Positions 52,801 to 64,000 of a stretch of 64,000 bases of DNA are shown here, piece after piece (the stretch's first letter is position 1; each line of letters starts with the position of its first letter). The stretch spans positions 11,346,001 through 11,410,000 of the forward strand of contig NC_135254.1 of the NCBI RefSeq assembly GCF_964204865.1, written 5' to 3'. Under the pieces are notes generated by a model, which saw only the letters and a program-made list of their open reading frames with translations, had not been told where the DNA came from and did not search any database. Source of the DNA: Styela clava. Lineage: Eukaryota. Position numbers and translations under genes: made by a program.

Positions 52801-55800
52801 TCAATTATTATTTATAGTAGCATAAACAATGGTACAATAAACAAAGAGATTGAATTTTCGTGTTTTTTGTTTTGTTTTTACTGATGCTTCTCCAGTAGTT
52901 CACAACATTAATTATACATTCCTCTTAAAAGGTATTATAAAAAGAAAAAAGTGAACTCAACTTAATATATAAATAAGACATTAATTCATTTATATATATA
53001 CATATATGCTTTGTTTTTTTTATCTGAAAGTTACTTAATTTTCTAGTGGTTCATTATTAGATACAATACTGTAGAAGTAGTAAAAACTCTACTTATGCGT
53101 ATGTTAAGCTGATACAATGCTACTTTTTAGGCGAAAACCATTTACTTCTTGTACCTTATGAACACTGATCGAATATTCGGATATATTCGAAATCAGTTAT
53201 ATTCTTGATAATAAGTTTATAGTTTATGATTAATCACAATAAAAGCGACAACTAACTAAGATACTATTCATTAATGCTAAGTAGAAGGCAGTGAACAGAG
53301 ATTGACGCTGGGTTTTAAAGTAGTGCAAGTGAATACTGTGGTTAGGAATAAAGATTATTCGAAGAAAAATATCGTGTTTCGTTTATCGTTTGGACACTGA
53401 TAGATTCAAGAAATATATTTAAAGATGAAAAGCACCGTATACACATCGCAGTTTAAAAAATATCTGACCACCAAACTTATTACAAACATATTATTTACTT
53501 GTTCGAGTGATTTATACAGTATTGATGATGAAAATTGAAGTATTTTTAATTACACTTCGAAAGTCGGTGATGTCATGGATAGACTATTTTCGTATATGCG
53601 TCACATCAAGTTTAGCATACGTTTAAAATAGTTTTGTATTTTATCTCAAATCTGAGACTGACAATGAAAGGATTAACAAGGATTAACTGTTAATAGTGAT
53701 TTCCATCCAATTCTGATTCCTCACGTGACAAATTAGATTCTTCTTCGTGATGTGAACGTCGCATGTCGTTCTCGTCATCACAAGTCGAAACAATGTATCG
53801 TGTTAAGATTATAGTTTTAAAAATGCACCGATTTACACAATTTCTCAAATTTAGATTTGTTATTGTGGTAACTCTGGTTGGGCGTGAGTTTCGGATTTGT
53901 CAGCAAAGTTACGCCCGTTATGATGCGCATAGATGAGGTGCTGTTAACTTGCTACCGAAGCGTAATAGAACAAATATGTGGTAGAAGGACGTGGCGTGAA
54001 ATTGTAAAAAATCCATGACTTGTTTCCAATTCATTATTATTATTTTCAATACTGTATGTCAGTCAGCAGATGTCAAAAAAGTTACATATTCTACAAAATT
54101 AGATTTCACGTCTTTCTTTTTCAGGAAGCGATATTTGGGAATGTGTTTTGCTGATCGAGTTATTTTATCTCACGACTAACCAGGTGCAATAAGAACAAAT
54201 CTTTGCATATGTTTTCACCTTGATTTAAGTTTATTAATTGTAGTATTGTGACAAATCATCTGTTTTCACTGACGCGATAGATGGTTGATATAATGATGAG
54301 AAATCCTCTTCAACAGGGCTATAGATTCGGAAAATGATAATTTTGACGAAATAAATAAACGTTTTTTGCCCCTGTCGTTTTGTATTTGTTTTATGGGATT
54401 GGAATATAAAAATTTTATTTATGTATAGAGATTACAATGCATTTCTAACAAAACCTACCTATCACATTCAATTCCATACGTAATGTAAAGGATCTCAATT
54501 TGTACCAACTCGAAAAAATCTCAGCAGATGACATCGTTAAAAATTTCCAATCACTGTGTGAACGATTGAAGGAGAGAAATATTTCAGCCATTTGTTTTCA
54601 TGTCCAAAACCGGACGCCATAAGTACCCGCCCTCGTAATACTGAATATTTTTACTGTGAGTCACCGTGGGTTCACATTCCTTACGACCTTTTGGTATTGT
54701 GTACACATGCTAGGGCCGAATTAAAATCGGGCTCTTGTGATTCGAATAGCGTATGGCAAAAACTTGCTTTTACAGTATGCCACCCACACGATTTCCGTTT
54801 TGTCCCTAAAAATAAATCTGAAAAGGATACTGGTATGTTCAGTACTCTTCTGGTTACTAGTCTTTTGTCAGTTTAGATATGCAGAAAACGCCCGAATTCG
54901 GTCATACTTTCGTCACGCGGTATTCTGTGTAATTTCCCAACAGAACTTTTTCGGGCTTCAGGTCGAAACCCGTTATAATAATATAATTGAGCTAGTAATG
55001 TGATGATGAGTAACAATAATTGTTATTGTTTTACGACCACATTTCAACTGACCCGTTCGGTCAGGTCAATCATATCCTTTGGTAGAATGGGCTGGTCGAA
55101 AATAGTCCTTATCCAGTTAGGAATATCGATCTGCTTACAGAAAAGGAATTTTTTTTTAATTGTTCAGCTTTTTATGTTTTTCGGAATACTCTGGTGGCGT
55201 TGTTTTTACTCGTACTCAATCGTGCTTCGTCGTCATATTTTTTTGTTTGGATATTTGTAGCTCACCAGACTTGCACACTTACCATAATATGTTCATAGAA
55301 AGCGACCAAAATGGTTTAGTTTTATTGAGCGTTGGCTTAACCTGTATTGTATTGTGTCAAACGTATACTCTTCCTATCCAAAGTGCTGAATATACTGAAC
55401 TGTCACTGCTATACTTGGTGTGGTCGTGAACTCACTACCACCTGTAGATCTAAGCTACAATACAGCGATTTTCAGCCGACCTTGCGTACTTGACCTTTGC
55501 CGAAATATACGCTGTATTTCTACGGTTCGTTATGGTACCATGTTCATTATTCTTAACGAAACTACAGAATATCTTTCGAAACTGAAAATGTGAATATTTT
55601 GAGCGGATTAATAATTAAATCATAGTGGCAGAGTAGCTTCAAACTTCATTTTGAATTTAGCAATCAAACTTTTATTCAAATCAGCTTTTTTGTCATCGTT
55701 TTGTTGATAAGAGAAATGAAATCGCCAAATATTTAACCCAATGTGATGAACCAGTCTAATCCAATTTTTGGTTTTATTTCGGGTTTTCAACTAAATCATT

Positions 55801-58199
55801 TTTGTAATATCGGTTTCCAGTCTGAGTCATTCTTTCAATACAGCTTTGAATAAGTGAAATTTTTCTGATTATTTTTTACCGTGGATTCGTTTTGAAGATA
55901 TAAATATGCTATGTGCAATTTCATAGATGAGTTCATTTGGAAATTGAATTACATGGAACACGAGTAATAAATTTAAGTAACCTTTGACGGCGATGTTATT
56001 TGCTAAATCATTGTTACCTAAACTCTGACATTTTGAATTTCATACTATAGGACTATCCAGTATATCTCGTTTTTTGGCTAATTCCACTTTGTTTGTCTTT
56101 CTTCAGTTACCTGGGAAGAAGGTGGTATACTCTCGATACAATTTCTGACGTTATATAAGTTTGGATCAAATTACCCATTCGATATATGAGTGAATAAAAG
56201 AATGGAAATTGCCGTAGGATAATAATTATTATTTCGGGGCGATCTTTTGAAACAAAATATCGTGATCATGAAAATATTTGAACTTGAAGTAGACATCAAA
56301 CATTTGTTTACCGACTATTCGACACAATGACTGTCTGCACTATAACAAAAATTCGGTATATATGATGGAATATAACTATATCGGGTGCTGCTTCATCAGA
56401 AGGCGCAGTTAAATATACACTCGAAAGCTTTAGAACCGGCTATAACGAAGCTTAATAAAACGTTCCCCACAATTTCGTTTTAATAACCAAGAAAGAGATT
56501 TAGTACATCGTAAAAATATTTTTTCCTTTTTTTTTTATCGTAATTGTATGTTTGACACATGCTGAAGGTTAATACCAAAGTATATATAATATATTGGACC
56601 ATCCCATCTTTTCCTATAACCTATGTCTCATGTAATTCTTATGAAATTCTTATTTGAGTAAAGTCACATGACTTGTTATATAGAGTATTTATCGCTCAAG
56701 ATTTGGTTTTTTTTGTCGGACAATTTTTGTTATTGAGCCGTAGTACTTCATTTAATTTATGTTACAAAATGTGGTCTTGTTAATCTCCAAAAATATGATC
56801 TTTTGTAAGATAACAACTTTTAAATGCGTCATCCGAAGTGAAAGTCAGGTATTGTTAATTCAACTGCATAATTTCTCAATATCAAGTAACTCAAAAGAAA
56901 GGAAGCAAAAACAGTTTGGAATTGAAGATTCAAGTAAACTCACTTTTCACATCAACTAAATATCCATAAATCATTAGATTGTCTGCGATTTGCGAAGCTA
57001 TTTAGATGATTCTGTATTTAAATGGGTATCTTAGTTAAAGTATTATTCCTATGTTATTTCCCATACGAAAGTACATAGCAAGCTCATTCCTCTGATTACT
57101 ATAAATAAGTTTTCAATTTGCTTAATCTATTTCTAGATTATGCATGTCCTAAGATAGAAAAAAACTATAAATGGCATCTTTATAATTCGTTCTATTGATT
57201 GGGAATATGTTCACTGTTTAAATAAGTCCTAAACCTGGAAATCCTATTTCAATTCACCACAAAGACCTTAATTGGTTATAAACATTTAGAATCTTTTGTT
57301 AGTCTACCTTTGTGATTGATAAACCAGCCTCAACTTAAATTTGAATTAGCGTTAGTAGAGTGGATAGCTTGACTACGCTTTTTATTTTTATATTTGTGTA
57401 TTCAAATAACGATTTTTCATTTTGTATGGAAAGCGTGGTATAAAAAATGACTTGTTGTATTGAATGTACCACAGAGCGAGAGGCAAGAGTAGTATTTATA
57501 ATTTTGTTTTTTGCTGGCTTTTTTGCCTATAATATAGAACTGCGAATAATTTAGTATCTGTATTTGGTTGAAATGGGTAGCTCTCTGTTCAGCGTGACTG
57601 TTAGTTTTGTTTAGTTGTGACGCGATTTTATTTGTAATGATGAAATATGGTTTAATTTTCAAGATCTTAATCGCAAATTTCAAATTAGTATTATCTAATT
57701 CAGCATCAGTATTCTTTTCTTCTGAAAATAAAACAAAATATGTTTGTTGTTCAATGGATAATTGTAGTTTTTCTATGGTTGTTAACGCGTTTTCTCTTCT
57801 CATCTGGTATAATTGCTTTCCAGATTCCTCTGGCACCTTCTTTTTGTGTGTTTGTGTTTCGACACAACCCCGAAGGTTGTAAATATAACAGGCTTATTGT
57901 CAGGACTAGTTGTTCAACCCTTATCTTGAATCTTTTTTAAAAATGAAAATGGAATATGATATTAACGATGGTTTTTCTGAATTTTGTGATATAGATTATT
58001 AAATATACTCAACGGTAGAGTTCAATACGTGATGAATTCGAATTTAAATCGGATAATGGAATATTTAAAATGATAACTTTTCGGATATTTCTTCAGTTTT
58101 TCAAACTAAACTTCAATTAAAAATTTCATAAATTTACCTAATACACTAATCTATGACTGAACAATACTTTTCTCGGTCATTCCAAATTGTTTTATCCTT

Positions 58200-58509
58200 C
58201 CGCCGAAAACAAAATGGCGAAAATGCGTCGCCCTTCGAATAACGGGTGTCGTCAAAATACACGTGTTAAGTTCTTACGTCAAGTCAGGCATGATGATCAG
58301 CCCACGCACTGCGTAAATTCTGTCGCCCTTCAGTCGTTCGAGCGAACGATTTTTGCGCAACGTTGTTTGCGCTGAATTCCTTCTCGGGCTATTTTTGTAC
58401 CAAGACATCCTGCGATTAAAGGAAACCCTATCTTCGAATCGCCGCTGAAGTCGAAACCATTTGTGCGTGTTGGAGCCTTGAAGGAAAACAAAACGGACAC
58501 AAGGTACTT
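58200..58509 (+). promoter_or_regulatory. Candidate CpG-rich promoter and non-coding first exon of a gene continuing beyond the window
   Basis: AAAATGGCG (YY1-like), CACGTG, TTACGTCA, initiator TCAGTC at 58330, donor AAG|gtac at 58503/58504. Confidence 0.35.
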
Positions 58510-61500
58510 TAGGATATGGTGTGACTGTCAGGTCATCTAAAATGCCTAGATTCTATATATAGCGGTATTCATAGTTGCTGTGTTTAGTTGGCGATCTCCT
58601 TTGCTCAGCAAATGCCTGCTTGACGTTTCAGTCTCTGCTAGAATCGAGTGGTCATTTGCCTTCCTTTTTTTCCTTTTCAAAATCTGAATGGATTTTGTAG
58701 ATAATAAATCTTGTCAATGTGGCGAAACTGCCAGGAAAAAAAGTCTGAATTATTTACACGCTTTATATACCCACATATCATCTATATTACATCTGCCATC
58801 CAGACTACAGTAGCCTGCTTGAAGTTTAACGTAGTCCACACCATTTATACGTGCTGTGAGCTAAAAATTTCATTTGAGGACCTGAAACATGACCAAATTC
58901 TGTAGTGACGAAATAGCTTATATTATCATTGGCAATATGTGCAACCCGAAAGCCCGGTGGTGCAATTTCTTTAAAGATGCCGAATCTTGGCGATGCACTA
59001 TGTAGTTGATGAAATATGGAAGGTTTTTTGGTACAAATGGTTTCGGCTATGAGCACTCGTAAGATTTACAGAATCAACAACGGAATGAACCATCCACGGA
59101 ATACCGCAAGTGTATGTTTGTAAATATTTTAGAGAACAAAACAAGTTTAAAAATAGCCAATTTTCACCTTTATACATAGTAATTCAATCTATTCATAGAC
59201 GGCTTTTATTTACTTTCGTCGTTTATAGTTCGCTGTTTGTTCGCTTATGACAACGCCATCCCGACTGTGTGTCTGTTTTCCGAAAACCGGTACGAACTTT
59301 CGGGTCTTTTGTCTGATAGTATAGAGAAGGGAACTTGTACTGTAATAAATTACCTTTACAAAGCCGTCTTACAAAGCTTGGGAGCCTGTATTGTTTGTTT
59401 TAGGACCGGTATTACTAACTAGTTTGGAATGCATTTTCCCGTAAAGTGTTTTTCTTCGTATGATTTCTTTGTCTAAAAAATCGTTTACTCCGACGTGGAA
59501 TGAAATCACGTACATGAATTTTGGAATGACTCACTATGATCAGGTGCATCAAACAAACATAAGTGTAGCTTATAATATTTTATATTTTTATGAGTGTCTT
59601 GATTACGGCATTTCTAGCTAAACTTATTTGATAAATAAATACAATCGTCGCACATTATGTGTTTGAAATTCAATGACAAATTCCGTTTACGGGATGTCTC
59701 ACCGACTTCTTGAAAGATATATAGACAATAATTTGAGGTTGGAAATGTTGTTTTCGCTATGGCATCAAAGGAAATGATATTTTGTCAATTTAGGCATATG
59801 CAGGAATTAACAACAAAGTCTTTACGCTCTTTCGAACAGTGGGGTTCTTTTTTTTTCTTAAATCGTCCGCCATTTTGTTTCTGAAAAGGATACAATTTAT
59901 AATTCAAACAAATTCTTATATATTTTTCTTTATGTTTCCCACTGTAACTTCTTCTGACGTCGTTTTCCGCCATTTTGAAATAATTTATAGATAACAATAT
60001 TGATTATATAAATGATAGATTACTTGAAACAACAATGTGTTTTATCTTAACGACTTTATCAAATAGTGCGATTACATCTCGCGTATAAATAATATTTAAC
60101 AAATTGTAGTGAGTTCCCAATTGTTGCATAAAACATGGCAAATAATCTGCGCAACAATCTTTACCACAAGGCATGATAATATAAACTACTTTTATTCAAT
60201 TAAAATTTTTCTCTCATTTACTTGATGATTAGAAACACTTTTCTCACATCTGATTCATTGGCCTATCATTTGGATTGATTCATTAGACCACGTTGGTCTT
60301 ATGCGCATTCCTTTCCGTTGTATCTAAGTCTTATATTAGCGTAACGTTATAGAAAAAGAGTATATATATAGGCTTGTTGCTGTCGAAATTCACAAACTAA
60401 TGATGGGGAATCGTAGAGATCTTAGTCATCTCTATCGTCCTCCACCTCCAAGGTGTGGTTGGTTTTTGGTACTTTTCGAAAGAAATAATCTACAATTTTT
60501 TCTTTAAATTTTATACTTTTTTTTATTATCATTCGTTCCCGGAGAGAAGCAAAATAATAGGCTTGTTCATATCATCATCTTGGTTCATATCATCGCTTTT
60601 GATTATTGCGTAATAATGTGCACTAAAGGTGAATTCCGCCGGACGTAATACGTCACAACACCCCAGCATGACATGGCTCTTGTTCTGTCGTTTCTCCTAT
60701 GACACTTAAACCAGAAAATCCATTTCCCGCCTTCGGGGAAGAAATTCTTATTTGTGGATATATTACCTAGGTAAACAACGGCGAATCGAATTAAAGAAAA
60801 CCATTCATGTTTTTACAATATTTGTGCTGACCTGGCAAGCCTCTAGTCCACGCAAATTGACGATCTATCTGTCAAAAAGTTCGCAACACTTGACCGGGTT
60901 TCAATAGGATATAGATAACGGGTTTTTGTAGTGTGGAAGTCCTTAATTGTTAAGGATTTTAATGACGTTAATATTATGCAATTTCGCAACAATAAGTTGT
61001 CATTAGGTACATTATGAATTGGCAATACCAGGGTTTAGTTAGACGAATTATCCACATACAATATATTCTGTCTTATGACAATGAAGGTTACAGCACCGGT
61101 TTACTGCATGGCCGCGGTGTACACAGACGGTCTTTACTAATTGTGCATCCAAATGTAGAACCTGATATTTTTTTAACGGGCGATTTCCCACACACTACAC
61201 GGGCTCTTATGCCAAAGGCCAGACCACGGAGAAAATTTGCCCATTTCTTGTTGAAAACTATAACAGCCAGTGAATGAAATTTTACAGCAATAAGTCATCT
61301 ATTATGCTGATTGTTATCAATTACATTTTCTCGGTGTTGAAAATAAATACTTATCATTCTGTGTGTCACATTGTTTGTATCTTCAGGCAAAATCTAAAAT
61401 GGCAAATTAGTCAGTCCACTGAGTGATAAACCATTTCATAATGTAAAAAAAATCGAAATTATCCCACTTACCAGATACAGGTATTGTGAAATTTGGAAAT

Positions 61501-64000
61501 AGTTGAAAATTTGAGCGAGGGTGATTTAAAAGATTGGACTATCTTCTTCAACTGAACTTCAATAGTATTCAACTAATAAATATTGTGATATCGTGATAAA
61601 ATACCACTTATTGAACTTGGAGGGTATATATTGATCTTTGTGGTAAATTGTTGTTGTTGATGTTAGGAAAGGAAACATATTTCTGCAAAACCTATAAACA
61701 TTCAAGTTTCATTACTTAAGAAGAAAGAATTCACAAAAAACGCTACTCCTCATATTGTTAGTCAAATATTTTGCGCTTCATTTTAATTCATGGGTACGTT
61801 CAATAATATATATCTTTGCGTACTTATATATATACCCGCCATTCCAGCAAAGATCTCACCGGTACCAATGCGCGACCTTGTCCATATATTTGAAGATTGC
61901 TTTCTTTTGTTAAGATTAAAAACGTACAAAAATAGCTTCAGACAAGACTACCAACCCATTCGTATTATTTTAAAACTATTTTCCGTTAATATCCTAAGCA
62001 CATTCCACTAAACAGCTGACATGGTTGCATGCATCGATGAAATCCGAAACATTTCCTTATTTAGTAAACCCGCGCCAATATCGCGTTGGACATTTTCTGG
62101 AAAGTACCCGATTGAAGGATAAGATATAATCTGGATATTGCGCAATAAGAATTATGTATAATATTCTGTTATTCAGCGATTGATACATTCGGACTAGTGT
62201 GCTTGTTATTGACTGCAATTTACCAAGCAAAATTAATATACTGGTACTCTATAAATTTCTGAAATGACAATGATTACGCAACTATAGTTTCATTGGTAGC
62301 CCTTTTCGCTAGTTTATTTGGCTCGATATTTCAAGAAAAAACATAGATTTTTGAATCCGTTCGACTACACTCACTACAGGAATAATTGTTAAAATATGTC
62401 CTCAATGTGATAGTTTCAATCACTAAATCATATTACCACCGAAATTAAATACAAACTGATATAATTGCAAATATATATTTTTCTTCTAATAAAGATATAA
62501 CTGAATCGTATGGTTATTATAACATAAAGTGTTGAACTAAGCATTCAACTTTTCGTTATGCATTAGTACCCTTGAAGTATCTGTGAACGCCAAAATGCGC
62601 TGGCCAGTATAATTAAAGTTTTCTTTTAGAATTAGCGTGGGAAAGTTCTGTTGGCTAGACAACGCCAAGGTTGTGTCATCTGATTGATTAATTCCATACA
62701 TGAATGACTCATAAAAACTGCCTTTACTTTTAACGTTAGGTCTTGCAAAACTAGTTCTGGTTGTCATAAGTATATACCAGTTCCATAGGATGATAACATA
62801 CTTAAATTTAAACCATCGGTTATAATTTTAAGTTGTTAAAATGTGCCTTTATGACAAGATTCGCCTGTCCCTTTTATTTGAATTAGTCAATGCATAGGTA
62901 TGGTCCATTCTTTGATTAGGTATTTTTGAAAGGTATTGGTCACTGATTGGATTTCCTCTATTGTGCTTTTGTTCTTTGCTAACGAGCCGTCATCTAACAA
63001 TTAACCACAAAGGTTTTCCGGGGTCAGCGGTTATCTCCTGTATTGCGAAATGGACTTCGAACGAATGTTCCGATTCTCTCGTTTTCCATTCTCTCTTTTC
63101 TGCTTTCAAATTCTATCTTTTATCGCAATAAATGACGTAGTTGTCTCTCATTTTCCTTGTTCTCTCTTTCATTATCTCGGCTGGAATACTAAATTCAAAA
63201 TTGGGCTGGGATGGCGAAACAACACTTTTTGTACTATTGGTGCAGACCGCCGTCGGGATACGACTTTCTCGGGATTAGGCAATTTTTGTTCAAAAATTAT
63301 ATTGTTGAGCTAATCAACAGGATATAGTCGCAAATCATATGTGAGTCAGATTTTAGATTGAGTCAGGATTTTGGAAAATACCTATGAACTATATTTTTCC
63401 CGACAACCGCTCGACGGGATTTGGTAGTCATGGACGCCGCCTTAGATTTTGACTTATTACTTACCGAAAGGAGTCTGGGTTAAAAACTATTGAGTCGCTA
63501 TAATTCTTTTTGCAACATAGATTAGCGTTTGGGTTACTTCGGATTGTCTGCATTCGGATATACAAAAATACGGACTAGTTTGAAGAGGCAATATCATCTT
63601 TTGTCGAGTATCATCAATGACTTTTGTTCAACTGATATTGATCGCATCGCAGGTCTAGCAGACCAATGAAGTCATTGTGGATGTGAACTATCTCATTCCA
63701 GTAATTTTCGCGCCTCGTTTGGTCGTTGACTTTATGATGACGTGTCGCTCTTGAAATGGGGTGATATGGTGTGATATCTGACTTTGTTTGTATTTCTCAA
63801 GTACTTCAGTGTTTCGAAATTTGACTAATAGACGAAATAACTCATGCATATGATTAGAGATTTCCGAACTTTTCGAATTAATAATGTAAAAATCTTTATG
63901 TGTTTAACATGAAGTATTGACTGTATTAACTTTATTTATGAAGAATATTGATTATCGGGGGATTTATTTACATATTTTTGTGATGCTAAATATGGCATAT

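Noticed and set aside
57417-57836. 139-aa minus-strand ORF
   Set aside because: Non-ATG start, AT-biased composition and no recognisable domain; at most a retroelement relic

Overview
AT-rich, intron-containing eukaryotic DNA. Compact genes, tandem gene pairs with unpaired splice acceptors, and tRNA-SINE/MITE content suggest an invertebrate chordate such as an ascidian (inference, not verified). The first 36 kb holds seven genes: a ZU5 plus death-domain gene with two apparent 1-bp frameshifts (+), SCAI (16 exons, -), SNRPD3 (-), LRRC58 (+), GILT/IFI30 (+), DUSP11 (-) and PIN4 (-). The last six form three same-strand pairs whose upstream gene has an intronless CDS, an operon-like layout. The most notable feature is in GILT: two tandem 101-nt homologous exons only 27 nt apart, which should be mutually exclusive and would switch the catalytic motif between CPGC and CPDC. 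Also present are a diverged inverted duplication of the LRRC58 upstream region, a hAT MITE nested in a SINE, a Helentron-like element, and a ~27-kb stretch with no recognisable CDS that is rich in AP-1/CRE motifs and has a candidate promoter near 58.3 kb. All homology calls come from recalled family motifs; no searches were run.
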